NCBI GenBank assembly: GCA_963773815.1
Contig: CAVZCI010000016.1
Location: 13,569 to 77,568, forward strand
Direction of reading: 5' to 3'
Length of the DNA: 64,000 nucleotides
Source of the DNA: an uncultured Acidobacteriota bacterium
GTDB taxonomy: Bacteria > Acidobacteriota > Thermoanaerobaculia > UBA5066 > DATFVB01
The stretch's first letter is position 1. Each line of letters begins with the position of its first letter. This document shows positions 21,651 through 32,388 of the stretch, in pieces. The notes below the pieces were generated by a model. That model had not been told where the DNA came from. It did not search any database and worked only from the letters and a program-made list of their open reading frames with translations. A program made the position numbers and the translations under genes.

Positions 21651-22317
21651 ATGGCGAGCGAGCGCTCTGGCGCCGCTCGTCCTCGCCTGTTTGCTTCTCG
21701 CGTCCTGCGCGAAAAAGCAGCCCGCGACGGTTCCGCGGGCGCGGGTCGTTGCGCCCCCCGCCGTGCCGGGGCAGACGGAGGAGGGACTCGCGTCCTGGTA
21801 CGGCGGCAACGACGGCTTCGAAGGAAAGCCGACCGCCTCGGGGGAGATCTTCGACGGGTCGAAGATGACGGCCGCGCACCGCACGCTGCCGCTCGGCACG
21901 TGGGTCGAGGTCCTCAACACGTCGACGGGAAAAACCGCGCGCGTGCGCATCAACGACCGCGGCCCGTTCGTCAAGGGACGGATCCTCGACCTCTCCCACG
22001 TCGCGGCCGTCGCTCTCGGCGTCGTCGGGCCGGGCGTCGCGCCCGTGCGAATCACGGTCGTCGAGCCGGGGCCGGCCGTCCTCGAAATCTCCGCGACAGG
22101 CCGCTGGAGCGTTCAGATCGGCTCGTTCGCGTCGGCGTATCGGGCCGAGCTCCTCGCGGAGAAGATGCGCGCGGCCGGTCACCGCGTCTACACGGAACCG
22201 TTCGGCGGCCTGACGCGCGTCAAGGTGGGGCCCGTCAGCTCGAAGCCCGCCGCCTTGAAAGAGCTGCAGCGCCTCGAGGCGGAAGGACAGGAAGGCATCG
22301 TCACTCCCGAAGCTTGA
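21651..22317 (+). CDS. rlpA: RlpA-like lipoprotein (DPBB domain) with C-terminal SPOR domain; probable frame break near 21670
   Basis: Contains a lipobox (LLLASC), a DPBB sequence (ASWYGG...GKPTASGEIFD...TAAHRTLPLGTWVEV...RINDRGPF) and a SPOR-like end (WSVQIGSFAS...). The only ATG (21651) lies in a neighbouring frame. Confidence 0.75.
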
Positions 22318-22323
22318 ACCGAA

Positions 22324-23451
22324 TCAACGCGCCTCGCCCGCCGGCGTGGACCGCCCCCTCCAGACCACGTTCCCCGAAACGATCCGGCGCGACACGGATC
22401 GAAGGGCGATTCCCGCCCAAACCGTGACCATCAGCGGGTGGAAAGCGGCGCTCCAGGCCGGCGTTCGCGAGATGCGGGCGACGGCGAGCCGGCCGGCGAG
22501 GATCGCGGCGATCGAGCCCGCGGCGAGGAGCTTCGCGAAACCGCCCGCGCCCGACAACAGCACGACATAAGGAGCCCAGGCGAGACCGGTGAAGAACAGG
22601 ACGAAGCCGAGGACGAGCGCGGAAGAGCGGAAGAGGAACGCGACGTTCTTCGTGAAACCGTCGACGACTTCGCGGAAGCCTTCGTACATCCGGACGCTCA
22701 CGTCGTCGCACGCGGTGAACGCCCTCACGCCAAACCCGGAGGCTTTGACCTGGCGCGCGAGCGCGACATCGTCGATCACGCGGTTGCGAAGGGGACGGAG
22801 GCCGCCGCTCGCCTCCAGGGCTGTCCGGAAAACGAGATTTCCGCTCCCCCCGCCGATCGCGAGCCGCCGGAGTCGTGGGGAATTGAACAGAAAGCCGGGG
22901 CCAAGATAGAGCAGCGCGGCGAGGTTCGGCATGAGCACTCCTTCCCAGAACCCGGCTGTCACCATCCGGGGCAGAACGCAGAGAAGGCCGAGGCTCTCCG
23001 CAACGGCCATCGAGACCGCCTGGCGGAGCGCCGTGGGCGCGTACTCGACGTCCGCGTCGACGATCAGAAGGACCTCCCCGATCGCCGCCTCGACGCCGCG
23101 GGCCAGCGCGTTCGGTTTGCCGAGCCAGCCGGGCGGCGGCTCCGCTCCCGGGACGACGCGCAGCCGCGGCTGACCCGAGCGCATTCGATCCAGGATCGCG
23201 GGCGTCCCGTCGGTCGAGCGGTCGTCGACGACGACGACCTCGAAATCCGGATAGTCGGACGCGAGGTGCGAGGCGACCGCGCGCTCGAGGCTGCGCTCTT
23301 CGTTTCGGGCCGGAACGACGACCGAGACGAATGGCCAGCCCGACGCCGGAGGAGGGCCGGGCCGCAGCGGCCGGAAGGAACGACGGTTCAGAAGCAGGCA
23401 GGCGAGCGAGAGAAGCGAGGCGGCCGCCGAAATCCAGGCGAGAACGGTCAC
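22324..23451 (-). CDS. family 2 glycosyltransferase, membrane-bound
   Basis: Contains VSVVVPARNEE...VVVVDDRSTDGT...IVDADVEYAP, plus N- and C-terminal TM helices. The GTG start overlaps the deoB stop as GTGA. Confidence 0.8.
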   Translation of the reverse strand: MTVLAWISAAASLLSLACLLLNRRSFRPLRPGPPPASGWPFVSVVVPARNEERSLERAVASHLASDYPDFEVVVVDDRSTDGTPAILDRMRSGQPRLRVVPGAEPPPGWLGKPNALARGVEAAIGEVLLIVDADVEYAPTALRQAVSMAVAESLGLLCVLPRMVTAGFWEGVLMPNLAALLYLGPGFLFNSPRLRRLAIGGGSGNLVFRTALEASGGLRPLRNRVIDDVALARQVKASGFGVRAFTACDDVSVRMYEGFREVVDGFTKNVAFLFRSSALVLGFVLFFTGLAWAPYVVLLSGAGGFAKLLAAGSIAAILAGRLAVARISRTPAWSAAFHPLMVTVWAGIALRSVSRRIVSGNVVWRGRSTPAGEAR

Positions 23452-24606
23452 GACAGGATTTCGGAAAGCGCGCTGCGGCCGCCGCCCCCGGGCTCGATTC
23501 CGAACCACACTTCCAGCGTCGCGGCGAGGTCCCGGAACGTTTCGCGGACGCCGAGGTCCGCGCCCGGCCGCACACACGGACCCGCGACGAGCAGAGGCAC
23601 GAGCTCGCGCGTGTGATCGGTCGAGGCGTCGGAGGGATCGCAGCCGTGATCCGCCGTGAGGAAGAAGAGATCGGCGGGACGCAGGCACGCGAGCAACTCG
23701 GGGATCTTCGCGTCCAGGCGGCGGAGGTTCCGCGCGAAGCCTTCGACGTCGTTTCGATGCCCGTACTTGCTGTCGAAGTCGACGAGGTTCGTGAAGACGA
23801 AGTCGTCGTCGGACTCCCGCAGGCGGGCGACGGTCTTTTCGATTCCGTCCTCGTCCGAAACGGAGTACTCGCGCGACGAGAGCCCGCGGCCGGCGAAGAT
23901 GTCCGAGATCTTCCCGATCCCGTGGACCTTCAAGCCGGCGCCGGCTGCCCGGTCGAGAAACGTGGGCCCGGGCGGCTCGAGGGAAAAATCGCGGCGGTTC
24001 GCCGTCCGAACGAACTTGCCCGGCTCTCCGAGGAACGGCCTCGCGATGACGCGCCCGACCGCGTGCGGCGGGGCGAGGACCCGCCGCGCCCTCCGGCACA
24101 TTTCCCAGAGCGCCTCCGCGGAAATCACGGTTTCGTGCGCGGCGATCTGAAAGACGGAATCTCCCGACGTGTAGACGATCGGGCGGCCGGTCGCGAGGTG
24201 CTCCGCCCCGAGGTCTTCGAGGATGCGCGTTCCCGAGGCCGGCCGGTTTCCGAGCACCTTCCGTCCGATCGCGCGCTCGACCGCCTCGATCACGTCGCCG
24301 GGAAAGCCGTTCGGGTAAACCGGGAAGGGGCGAGCCGTCGCGAGCCCCATCATCTCCCAGTGGCCGGTCGTGCTGTCTTTTCCCGCCGAGACCTCCCGCA
24401 TCCGGCCGAACGCTCCCTGCACGGCACCGCCCGTTCCCGTTGCGACGCGGAGCAGGCCGAGAGCCGCGAGATTCGGGAGGTCGGGGGACTCGCAGCTCGA
24501 GAACGTGGCCGGCGGTGTTCGCCCCCTCGTCGCCGTACGCGCCGGCATCCGGCGCGCCGCCGACGCCGAGCCCGTCGCACACGAGAACCGCGGCGCGGCG
24601 CTTCAA
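23448..24606 (-). CDS. deoB: phosphopentomutase; apparent frame break near 24495
   Basis: The N-terminus MKRRAAVLVCDGLGVGGAPDAGAYGDEGANTAGHV sits in one frame. The rest (LPNLAALGL...SAGKDSTTGHWEMMGL...DFDSKYGHRND...TADHGCDP) sits in another. Confidence 0.85.
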
Positions 24607-24614
24607 CGTATCAG

Positions 24615-25316
24615 TTAGAGAGAGCCGGCCCGGGACTGCGCGTCGCTCAGGTAGAGCGAGTTCGGGTAATCGTTCACGATCCGCTGGTAGGTCGCCTTCG
24701 CGTCGGCCGGAGAGCCCGATTTCTCGTACAGGCGCGCGAGCTCCATCAGCAGCGCGTCCTTCGGCACGGCGGTCGTCGACGACTCGATCGCCCTTTTCGC
24801 CCTCTCGATCGCGTCGCGGGTTCTCCCCTGCGATTCGAGGGTCCGGATCGCGTCGAGCTCGGCGGTCGCCGCGAGGAGGGAGTGATTCCCCCGCGAAAAG
24901 CGATCGAAGCTGCCGAGGTCGGCCTTGCCCGGCGCGGAGCGGGCGGAGAGCACGATCGAAGCTTCGCGGCCGGATCGGGTCGCGCTGAAATCCGCGGCGG
25001 CCTTGAGCTCCTTCTCCGCGTCGGCATCGCGAAGCGCCGAGGACGAATAAGAAGCTCCCGAAGCGTCGATCGCGGAAGGTTCGCCGGCGACGGGACTGGA
25101 GAGGATCGTCAGCGCGCGAGAAAGGTGATGCGCGGCCTCGGACTCGCGGTACGACCGGAACGCCACAAAAGCCCCGACCAGGACGGCGAGGCCGGCCGCC
25201 GCGGCGATCGCCTCCAGGGATCCCTTCCGGTGCGACGAGACGAAATGAATCCCTTTGCCGAACGTCTCGAGAACTTCGTCCCGCTTCAATTGTTCGCGGC
25301 TGAGCTTTTTCGTCAT
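24615..25316 (-). CDS. membrane-anchored TPR-like protein (YfgM-like architecture)
   Basis: Starts MTKKLSREQLKRDEVLETF, has one TM segment, and a helical-repeat C-terminus (...ELARLYEKSGSPADAKATYQRIVNDYPNS). The upstream part of ORF 24615..25955 is an antisense shadow of thiD. Confidence 0.55.
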   Translation of the reverse strand: MTKKLSREQLKRDEVLETFGKGIHFVSSHRKGSLEAIAAAAGLAVLVGAFVAFRSYRESEAAHHLSRALTILSSPVAGEPSAIDASGASYSSSALRDADAEKELKAAADFSATRSGREASIVLSARSAPGKADLGSFDRFSRGNHSLLAATAELDAIRTLESQGRTRDAIERAKRAIESSTTAVPKDALLMELARLYEKSGSPADAKATYQRIVNDYPNSLYLSDAQSRAGSL

Positions 25317-25353
25317 AAACGGGTAACCTATAAGAAGGAGTAGACTGTCGTCA

Positions 25354-26139
25354 ATGGCTCCCAAGGTTCCCGTCGCCCTCGCGATCGCAGGCACGGACTC
25401 GGGAGGGGGCGCGGGCCTGGCCGCGGACCTCCTCACGTTCGCGGCGCACCGGGTCTTCGGGACCGTCGCGGTCGCCGCGATCACGGTGCAGAACACCCGG
25501 GAAATCACGCGCTCGCAGGCCGTCGCGGCGGACCTGCTCTCCGACCAGATCCACGCCGTCTTTTCCGATTTTTCGCCCTCCGCCGTCAAAATCGGAATGC
25601 TCGCGACTTCCGCGAACGTTTCGGCGACGGCCCGCGCCCTGCGCAAATGGAAGGCGAAGAACATCGTGCTGGACCCCGTTCTTCTTTCGACGACGGGAGT
25701 GCGATTGCTCGCCCCCTCGGGGGTCGGGCCTCTCAAGAAAGAGCTCATTCCGCTCGCGGCGGTGCTGACGCCGAACCTCCCCGAGGCCGAGGCGCTCGTC
25801 GGGTTTCCGATTCGCGACGAGGGAGACCGGCGCCTGGCGGCCGGCGTGCTCGCCGATCTCGGCGCCGCGTCGATCCTCCTGAAGGGCGGCCACACGAGCG
25901 GAAACCAGATCAGCGATCTCTTCTTCGACGGCAAGCGCTTCCTCGAATTCCACAATTTCCGCCTCGCGACGACGGCGACGCACGGTACCGGCTGCGCGCT
26001 GTCCTCCGCGATCGCCGCGAATCTCGCGCGCGGAGCGAAGCCGGCGGAAGCGGTGAAGAACGGGATCGAGTACCTGCGCGGCGCGTTGAAGCGCGGAATC
26101 TTCCCCGGCCAGGGCTTCGGAACGCCGGGCCACTACTAG
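25354..26139 (+). CDS. thiD: hydroxymethylpyrimidine / phosphomethylpyrimidine kinase
   Basis: Contains LAIAGTDSGGGAGLAADL, KIGML, LKGGH and ATHGTGCALSSAIAA. Confidence 0.9.
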   Translation: MAPKVPVALAIAGTDSGGGAGLAADLLTFAAHRVFGTVAVAAITVQNTREITRSQAVAADLLSDQIHAVFSDFSPSAVKIGMLATSANVSATARALRKWKAKNIVLDPVLLSTTGVRLLAPSGVGPLKKELIPLAAVLTPNLPEAEALVGFPIRDEGDRRLAAGVLADLGAASILLKGGHTSGNQISDLFFDGKRFLEFHNFRLATTATHGTGCALSSAIAANLARGAKPAEAVKNGIEYLRGALKRGIFPGQGFGTPGHY

Positions 26140-26981
26140 GCCGGCGCCCCGATTCCCGCCGGACCCGATTCGGCCAGGTACATCATTCGCGAGACCGCGC
26201 CCCGCTCGGAGAGAGCGATCACCGTCTCGAGGTAGGCGCGCTGGGACGCGTACCGCTCCGCGCCCTCGACCCTCTCGAGCTCTTCCCGGTGAGCGATGCG
26301 GGACGCGAGGCGTCCCTGCGCCGACGCGATCAGCCCCGCGGTCCGGTCGGCGCTCTCGACGAGACGCAGCCCGGCGCCTTCGAGAGACCGCTCGTTGAAA
26401 CCGGGAGGAACGAACTGCGTGAAGCCGTGAACCGCGCGCCGGGCGGTTTCCGCGTCCGACACGGCTCCCGACGCGACTCCCGCGTCCGTGAACAAAAACC
26501 GCGCCCCGGGCGCGAGGACTCGCGCGACCTCCCGGAACACGGCCGTCCGGTCCCGAAGGTGGAGAACGACGTCGATCGAGACGGCCGCGTCGAAACTTCC
26601 GGAGGAAAAAGGCAGCGGATCGTTCGAGTCGCCGACCCGGACCTCGACCCGGCTTTCGAGGCCGAGAGACGCGGCGCGCGCCTTCGCGGAAGCGATCGCG
26701 GCCGGACTCAGATCGATCCCGGCCGCCCGACAGCCGGCCTGCAGCGCGAGGAACGTCAACGGGCCGCCGGGACCCGAGCCCAGATCGAGAAGGCGGCTCG
26801 ACGGCGTCAGCCGCAGCCGGGGAATGTCGAGCATCAATTCTTCGGCCGTGACCCAGGAATGCTGGCCGATGTCCCGTCCGTACGCCTCCTGCCGATGCCG
26901 GCGCATCAGGGGCGAATCGAACTGCTCGTAGGAGAAGTCGTAACCCCGGGCCTCGCCCGGCTTCGAATCGGCCAGGGTCAC
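26136..26981 (-). CDS. class I SAM-dependent methyltransferase
   Basis: Motif I is LLDLGSGPGGP and the post-I/II motifs are present (...AVSIDVVLHL...). The substrate is unknown. Confidence 0.75.
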   Translation of the reverse strand: MTLADSKPGEARGYDFSYEQFDSPLMRRHRQEAYGRDIGQHSWVTAEELMLDIPRLRLTPSSRLLDLGSGPGGPLTFLALQAGCRAAGIDLSPAAIASAKARAASLGLESRVEVRVGDSNDPLPFSSGSFDAAVSIDVVLHLRDRTAVFREVARVLAPGARFLFTDAGVASGAVSDAETARRAVHGFTQFVPPGFNERSLEGAGLRLVESADRTAGLIASAQGRLASRIAHREELERVEGAERYASQRAYLETVIALSERGAVSRMMYLAESGPAGIGAPA

Positions 26982-27677
26982 CGCCTGTTCCCGAGCTCCG
27001 ACGTGCGAGAAGTGTCCGTCGCGGCCTTCCTCGGCCGCCGGGTCAGGATGACGTGCGTCGCCCGTTCACCGTACACCCACTTCGCGCATTCGTAGCCGAG
27101 CGCGTGTCAGGTCGAGGCCATGGAAGAGATGCTCCCCGGAGCCGAGCAGAACGGGCCGAAACGCGAGGTGCAGCTCGTCGATCAGGCCGGCGCCGAGGTA
27201 CTCCCGGATCGCCGCCACGCCGCCGCCGAGGCGGATGTCGCGCTCCCCGCCGCGGCGCGCGCCTGCTCGAGGGCGGAGTGAATACCCTCGGTGACGAAGC
27301 GGAACTCCGTGCCGCCCTTCATTCGAAGGGGAGCGCGCGCGTGGTGCGTCAGTACGAACACCGGCGTGTGGTACGGCGGCTCGTCGCCCCACCATCCTTT
27401 CCAGCTGTCGTCCGGCCAGGGGCCCCGCACGGGACCGAACATGTTGCGCCCGAGGATCCACGCGCCGATCCCGGCCATCCCCTGTTCCGCGAATCCGTTG
27501 TCGACGCCCGTCTCTCCGCCCGCCTCGCCGTGCATGGCTTTCCAGACGCGCGTCTGAAAGAACCATTCCATCAGCTCCGGCCCCCGGACGCCGAGGGGAT
27601 TCTGGAGATCCTGGCTCGGCCCGGCGCCGATAGCCGTCGAGCGAGACCGCAAAGCATCGGACGAGGAGTTTCGGCAT
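26978..27677 (-). CDS. dihydrofolate reductase-family protein (RibD C-terminal domain type); three apparent frame breaks (~27625, ~27240, ~27105)
   Basis: The pieces MPKLLVRCFAVSLDGY / ILGRNMFGP..WGDEPPYHTPVFVLTHH / IRLGGGVAAIREYLGAGLIDELHLAFRPVLLG / LGYECAKWVYGERATHVIL lie in different frames. The reconstructed stop overlaps the methyltransferase GTG start as GTGA. Confidence 0.6.
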
Positions 27678-27697
27678 CAGAATTCCTTTCGGAGCCG

Positions 27698-28078
27698 CTA
27701 GACATCGCCGGTCGGCACGATCGCGGCCGTTTCGACCATGAGAATGACCGCTCGCTCCGGCGCGCGCGTGCGGTGGACGACGCCCCGGGGGACGACGAAG
27801 CCCTGCCGCGGGCCGAGGTCGACGACCCGATCCTCCAGATCGACGAGGAAGCGACCTTCCAGGACGAAGAAGAACTCGTCGTCGTTGTCGTGCTTGTGCC
27901 AGTGATATTCGCCCTGCATGACCCCGAGCCGAACGACCGAGTCGTTGACCTTGCAGAGCGTCTGGTTGTACCAGCGGTCGGTGACCGCGGCGACGACCGA
28001 GGGAACGTCCACGACGGCGAGCGACGGGAAGAGGATGTTGAGAAACGTTGCGTACGGATACTCGGTTTTCTCGTTCAT
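27698..28078 (-). CDS. cupin-domain protein
   Basis: Contains GEYHWHKHDNDDEFFFVLEG...VVPRGVVHR, the two-His cupin motifs. Confidence 0.75.
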   Translation of the reverse strand: MNEKTEYPYATFLNILFPSLAVVDVPSVVAAVTDRWYNQTLCKVNDSVVRLGVMQGEYHWHKHDNDDEFFFVLEGRFLVDLEDRVVDLGPRQGFVVPRGVVHRTRAPERAVILMVETAAIVPTGDV

Positions 28079-28142
28079 CAGGACTCCTTTTCTCTAGCTC
28101 CCACCCGCACGACGTTGCCGACCCGGAGGCGTCCGAGGACGG

Positions 28143-28352
28143 TCAGGCGGTAAGCCTTTCCCGGGCCACTTCCAGCGCCGCCACCGCCTGAGCTCGGCTC
28201 ACCGAAGGAAATTCGTCCAAGAACTGGTCGAGCGTCTCCCCTGCTTCCAGAAAATCGATAAGGTTCCTGACAGGGACGCGAGTACCGCGAAACACCGCCG
28301 TACCGCCCAGGACATCCATCGAGCTGTCGATGATCGCGCTGATATCTGTCAC
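28143..28352 (-). CDS. DUF433 domain protein (antitoxin-like), orphan
   Basis: The 69-aa sequence GGTAVFRGTRVPVRNLIDFLEAGETLDQFLDEFPSVSRAQAVAALE matches DUF433. I could recognise no partner gene next to it. Confidence 0.7.
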   Translation of the reverse strand: MTDISAIIDSSMDVLGGTAVFRGTRVPVRNLIDFLEAGETLDQFLDEFPSVSRAQAVAALEVARERLTA

Positions 28353-28563
28353 TACAAAACCTCGAGGAAATTATAGCGTGCCATCAGCCGCGAACGACCT
28401 GGCTCAAGCGGCCGCAAAGCACAGGAGGCGAAGGGAGCACCTACGTTGAATGGAAACTCCGCTTCGATCACGCAATCACCCTTGCGTCGCCCGACATCTG
28501 GTTCGGTGGATCGGGATGTAATCGATTTCCATTGCTCGAAAAATCATACCTCTCTGCCCTCCT

Positions 28564-28593
28564 CACCCCCTCCTTGCAATGCGGGGAGGGGTG
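28564..28593. repeat. GC-rich hairpin (CACCCCCTCC-ttgcaatgc-GGGGAGGGGTG)
   Basis: An inverted repeat visible in the sequence. It lies 35 nt upstream of a REP-like unit in the same intergenic region. Confidence 0.5.
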
Positions 28594-28627
28594 GCGTGTC
28601 GAGCGCCGGGGTGGGGTCGGACACGGG

Positions 28628-28661
28628 CAGATTGCCTCGTCGCTACGCTCCTCGCAATGAC
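28628..28661. repeat. REP-like hairpin unit (CAGATTGCCTCGTCGCTACGCTCCTCGCAATGAC)
   Basis: Near-identical to 6172-6205 and to the reverse complement of 41167-41194. It overlaps the 3' end of prmA. Confidence 0.6.
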
Positions 28662-29482
28662 AAGGGGGAGGCCCCGATCGTTCTCCACTCCCCATCCTTC
28701 TCGACGCTCCGGATCGCGAGTCCCGCGGCTCGCAGGCCCTCGACCGCTGCGGACTCCCGCTCGTCGAGGATCCCGGACAGCACGACCGTTCCTTCGGGGG
28801 ATAGAAGCTTCGCGATCGAGGGAATCAACGGCGCGACTTCTTCCCAGATCATGTTCGCGACGACGCGGTCGAACTCCCCCGCGAGACACTCAACGCCGCC
28901 GAGAAAGAGCGAGACCCGGCCCTCCATCCGGTTGCGGACGAGGTTCTTCCGAGCCTCGAAGACGGCCTCCGGATCCACGTCGAACGCGACGCACCTCTCC
29001 GCGCCCAGCCGCGCGGCCGCGATCGCGAGGATCGCCGTGCCGCACCCGACGTCCAGGCAGCGTTTGCCCGAAACGTCGTCCTTCTCGAGGAATCGGAGGA
29101 TCCCGCGCGTCGATTCGTGCAATCCGGTCCCGAACGCTCCGGCCGCCGGAATGTGGAGGAACCTCTGCGCCGGGCCGGATCGCTCGCCCGGCTCGTCGCG
29201 CGCGTCGATCGTGAAACCCGCGACCGAAAACGGCTCGAGGTTCGCGCGGTACGAGGCGCTCCAGTCTTCTTCTTCGACGGCTCTTTCGGCGCTCGCGGCG
29301 ATTCCCCTCGCGCGGAGCAGTTCCCGAGCGCAGCGCGCCTGCTCGGCGGAAGGGAAGACGGCGACGAAAACAGGCCCGGCTTGCCCGTCCGTCTCGAAGC
29401 CCCCGGCCGAGCCGCACCGGTAGAGGACCTCGGCGGCGCGCTCCGCGTCGCCGGCCGGGATCTCGATTCGAAAGAACGTCAA
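28643..29482 (-). CDS. prmA: ribosomal protein L11 methyltransferase
   Basis: Contains [29 protein letters not shown] and ANMI motifs. The TTG start overlaps the dnaJ stop as TTGA. Confidence 0.8.
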   Translation of the reverse strand: MTFFRIEIPAGDAERAAEVLYRCGSAGGFETDGQAGPVFVAVFPSAEQARCARELLRARGIAASAERAVEEEDWSASYRANLEPFSVAGFTIDARDEPGERSGPAQRFLHIPAAGAFGTGLHESTRGILRFLEKDDVSGKRCLDVGCGTAILAIAAARLGAERCVAFDVDPEAVFEARKNLVRNRMEGRVSLFLGGVECLAGEFDRVVANMIWEEVAPLIPSIAKLLSPEGTVVLSGILDERESAAVEGLRAAGLAIRSVEKDGEWRTIGASPLSLRGA

Positions 29483-30567
29483 CCTTCGAAGATTTTCTTG
29501 ACGCGCGCGAACGTCTTTTTCTTCGAGACGGGCGCGTCGATCAGCTTCGCGTAGCTCTCGAGCAGGTCGCGCTCTTCCTTGCGGGGAGACTTCGGGACGG
29601 CCACGTTCAGGCGGACGATCTGGTCGCCGCGCCCGGACGAGCCGAGCCGCACGACTCCCTTGCGGCGCAGCCGGACTTCCGTCGCCGCGGGCGTGCCCGG
29701 GGCGATCGTGATCGCATCCGTTCCCTCGAGCGTCGGGACCTCGACCTCGCCGCCGAGGACGAAAACGGGAAAAGGAAGCTCCATGTCGAGGATCACGTCG
29801 TCCCCCTCGCGGTGGAAGAGCTCGTGCTCGGCGACGGACAGGACGACGTACAGGTCGCCGGCGGATCCTCCGCGCGGCGCGGCATTGCCCTCGCCCGTGA
29901 GCCGCAGCCGCGAACCGCTTTCGACTCCTCCCGGGATCTTGATCGTCAGGGTCCGCTCCGCGGGGAGGCGCCCTTCGCCGCGGCAGGCCGCGCAGGGTTT
30001 TTCGATCTTCGTGCCCTCGCCCTGGCAGGCGGGACAGGTGCGCGCCATCGTGAAGAAGCCCTGCGAGAACCGGACCTGACCCCGGCCGCGGCACGTGGAA
30101 CAGGTGACGGGCTGCGAGCCTTTCTCCGCTCCCGTCCCCCGGCACTCCGCGCACGGTTCGTAGCGCTCGAGCGTGACGGGAGACTCGGCCCCGAATGCCG
30201 CCTCGGAAAACGACAGCTCGAGATGAACGACGACGTCGCTGCCCGAAGATTGCGGGCGGCCGAAGCCTCCGCCGAAGAACTGGCCGAAGAGATCCGAAAA
30301 GTCGGAAAAAATCGACGGATCGAACCCGCCCTGGGCAGCTCCCCCCCGGAGCCCGTCGTGGCCGAATCGGTCGTATCGGTCGCGCTTGTCGGGGTCGGAC
30401 AGGACGGAGTAGGCCTCCGACGCCTCCTTGAATTTCTCGGCCGCTTCCGCGTCGCCCGCGTTCTTGTCGGGATGGAACTGGATCGCCAGTTTCCGGTACG
30501 CCGACTTCAATTCCCCGATCCCGGCGCTTCGGGCGACGCCCAGGATCTCGTAGTAGTCGCGCTTCAT
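29479..30567 (-). CDS. dnaJ: molecular chaperone DnaJ
   Basis: J domain (DYYEILGV...HPDKN), G/F region and four CxxCxGxG zinc motifs. The ATG at 30567 overlaps the dnaK stop as ATGA. Confidence 0.95.
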   Translation of the reverse strand: MKRDYYEILGVARSAGIGELKSAYRKLAIQFHPDKNAGDAEAAEKFKEASEAYSVLSDPDKRDRYDRFGHDGLRGGAAQGGFDPSIFSDFSDLFGQFFGGGFGRPQSSGSDVVVHLELSFSEAAFGAESPVTLERYEPCAECRGTGAEKGSQPVTCSTCRGRGQVRFSQGFFTMARTCPACQGEGTKIEKPCAACRGEGRLPAERTLTIKIPGGVESGSRLRLTGEGNAAPRGGSAGDLYVVLSVAEHELFHREGDDVILDMELPFPVFVLGGEVEVPTLEGTDAITIAPGTPAATEVRLRRKGVVRLGSSGRGDQIVRLNVAVPKSPRKEERDLLESYAKLIDAPVSKKKTFARVKKIFEG

Positions 30568-32387
30568 GCCGAGGAACCCGACCGCGAATGGGTGAGCATG
30601 GCCTGGGTCAGCGCCCGCGCTCCCGATTTCAGAGCGGTGATAGCCGCCTCGATCTGCGGCATCGAATCCGTGCTGCAGGCGTCGCGCGCGGTCTTCAACG
30701 CCAAGGAAATCTGCTCGCGGTCCTCCGCCGAGAGATGCCGGCCGAATTCGGAAAACACCTTCTCGTTGGAGCGCAGCATCCCCTCCAGACGAGTCCGGGC
30801 GATGCGCGCGTCGCGCCTCGCGTTGTCGGCGCCCTCGTTCTCCTGCGCCTCCTGGATCAACCTTTCGATCTCCGAACCGGAGAGACCACCGGCCGGAGTG
30901 ATCTGGATGCCCTGCGCCTTGCCCGTGGCCTGGTCCTTGGCGGAGACGTTGACGATGCCGTTGGAATCGATCGCGAACGTCACCTCGATCTGCGGGACGC
31001 CGCGCGGCGCCGCCGGCACGCCGACGAGGTCGAAGCGGCCGAGCGACTTGTTGTCGCGCGCGAGGCCGCGCTCCCCCTGCAGGACGTGAATCTCCACCGC
31101 GGACTGGTTGTCGACGACCGTCGTGAAGATCTTGGAGTTCTTCGTCGGAATCGTGGAGTTTCGCTCGATGAGCTTTTCGAAGATCCCGCCGTGGGTCTCG
31201 ATCCCGAGAGACAGGGGCGTCACGTCGAGCAGCACGACGTCTTTGATCTCGCCCCGCAGGACGCTGCCCTGGATCGCCGCGCCGACGGCGACGACTTCGT
31301 CCGGGTTGATGTCCCGCGAGGGCTCCTTCCCGAAGATCTCGGCGACGATCTGCTGCACCCGCGGAGTGCGGGTCTGCCCTCCGACGAGGATGACGGTGTC
31401 GATTTCGCCCGGCTCCAGCCCCGCGGCTTTCAGGGCGTCGTGGCACGGGCCGGCCGTTCGGTCGATCAGGTCGCCGACGAGCCCCTCGAAGACTTTTCGC
31501 GTCAGCACGGTGTTGATGTGCTTGGGCCCCGACGGATCCGCGGAGATGAAGGGAAGCGTGATCGACGCCTCCTCCGCGGTCGAGAGCTCGCACTTCGCCT
31601 TCTCGGCCGCCTCCTTGAGCCTCTGCAGCGCCATCCGGTCGTTTCGCAGGTCGATGCCGGTGGACTTCTGGAAGTCCCCGAGGAGCCAGTCCATGATGCG
31701 CTTGTCGAAATCCTCGCCGCCGAGGTACGTGTCGCCGGACGTCGACTTGACCTCGTAGATCCCGTCTCCGAGCTGGAGGATCGAGACGTCGAACGTGCCG
31801 CCACCCAGGTCGTAGACCGCGACGATCTCGCTTCCTTTCCGGTCGACGCCGTAGGCGAGCGCGGCGGCCGTCGGTTCGTTGATGATGCGCTTGACTTCGA
31901 GGCCCGCGAGGCGGCCCGCGTCGCGGGTCGCCTGGCGCTGCGCGTCGTCGAAGTATGCGGGAACGGTGATGATCGCTTCGGTCACGTCCTCGCCGAGCGC
32001 TTCCTCGGCGAATTGCTTGAGCTCCGTCAGGACGAACGCGCTGATCTCCTCGGGGCTGTAGTCGCGCCCGCGCACGCGAATCTTCACGTCGCCGTTGGCG
32101 CCCTCGGCGATCTCGTACGGCAGCACTTCGCGGGCCCGGGCGACTTCCTCGGCGCGGAACTTGCGCCCGATCAGTCTCTTCGTCGCGAAGATCGTGTTGA
32201 CGGGGTTCGTGATCGCCTGGCGTTTCGCGATCTGGCCGACGAGGCGCTCGCCGTCTTCCGTCAGGCCGACGACCGACGGCGTCGTGCGCGCGCCCTCGCG
32301 ATTCGCGAGAACGGAGGGATGCTGGAGCTCCAGCACCGCGACACAGGAGTTCGTCGTGCCGAGGTCGATCCCGAGAATGCGACCCAT
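30564..32387 (-). CDS. dnaK: molecular chaperone DnaK (Hsp70)
   Basis: Contains [23 protein letters not shown] and [11 protein letters not shown]. At 607 aa it has a comparatively short C-terminal tail. Confidence 0.97.
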   Translation of the reverse strand: MGRILGIDLGTTNSCVAVLELQHPSVLANREGARTTPSVVGLTEDGERLVGQIAKRQAITNPVNTIFATKRLIGRKFRAEEVARAREVLPYEIAEGANGDVKIRVRGRDYSPEEISAFVLTELKQFAEEALGEDVTEAIITVPAYFDDAQRQATRDAGRLAGLEVKRIINEPTAAALAYGVDRKGSEIVAVYDLGGGTFDVSILQLGDGIYEVKSTSGDTYLGGEDFDKRIMDWLLGDFQKSTGIDLRNDRMALQRLKEAAEKAKCELSTAEEASITLPFISADPSGPKHINTVLTRKVFEGLVGDLIDRTAGPCHDALKAAGLEPGEIDTVILVGGQTRTPRVQQIVAEIFGKEPSRDINPDEVVAVGAAIQGSVLRGEIKDVVLLDVTPLSLGIETHGGIFEKLIERNSTIPTKNSKIFTTVVDNQSAVEIHVLQGERGLARDNKSLGRFDLVGVPAAPRGVPQIEVTFAIDSNGIVNVSAKDQATGKAQGIQITPAGGLSGSEIERLIQEAQENEGADNARRDARIARTRLEGMLRSNEKVFSEFGRHLSAEDREQISLALKTARDACSTDSMPQIEAAITALKSGARALTQAMLTHSRSGSSA

Positions 32388-32388
32388 C

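Noticed and set aside
22324-24606. 760-aa ORF that looks like a phosphopentomutase-glycosyltransferase fusion
   Set aside because: It is an artefact. The deoB N-terminus and the GT2 gene happen to share a frame. The middle is out-of-frame deoB (Arg-rich), and the true deoB body is in ORF 23448..24548.
25317-25353. TPP riboswitch upstream of thiD, and a cobalamin riboswitch near the B12-binding mutase subunit (51368..51424)
   Set aside because: The spacers are only 37 and 57 bp, too short for either aptamer, and no conserved cores (for example CUGAGA) are visible.
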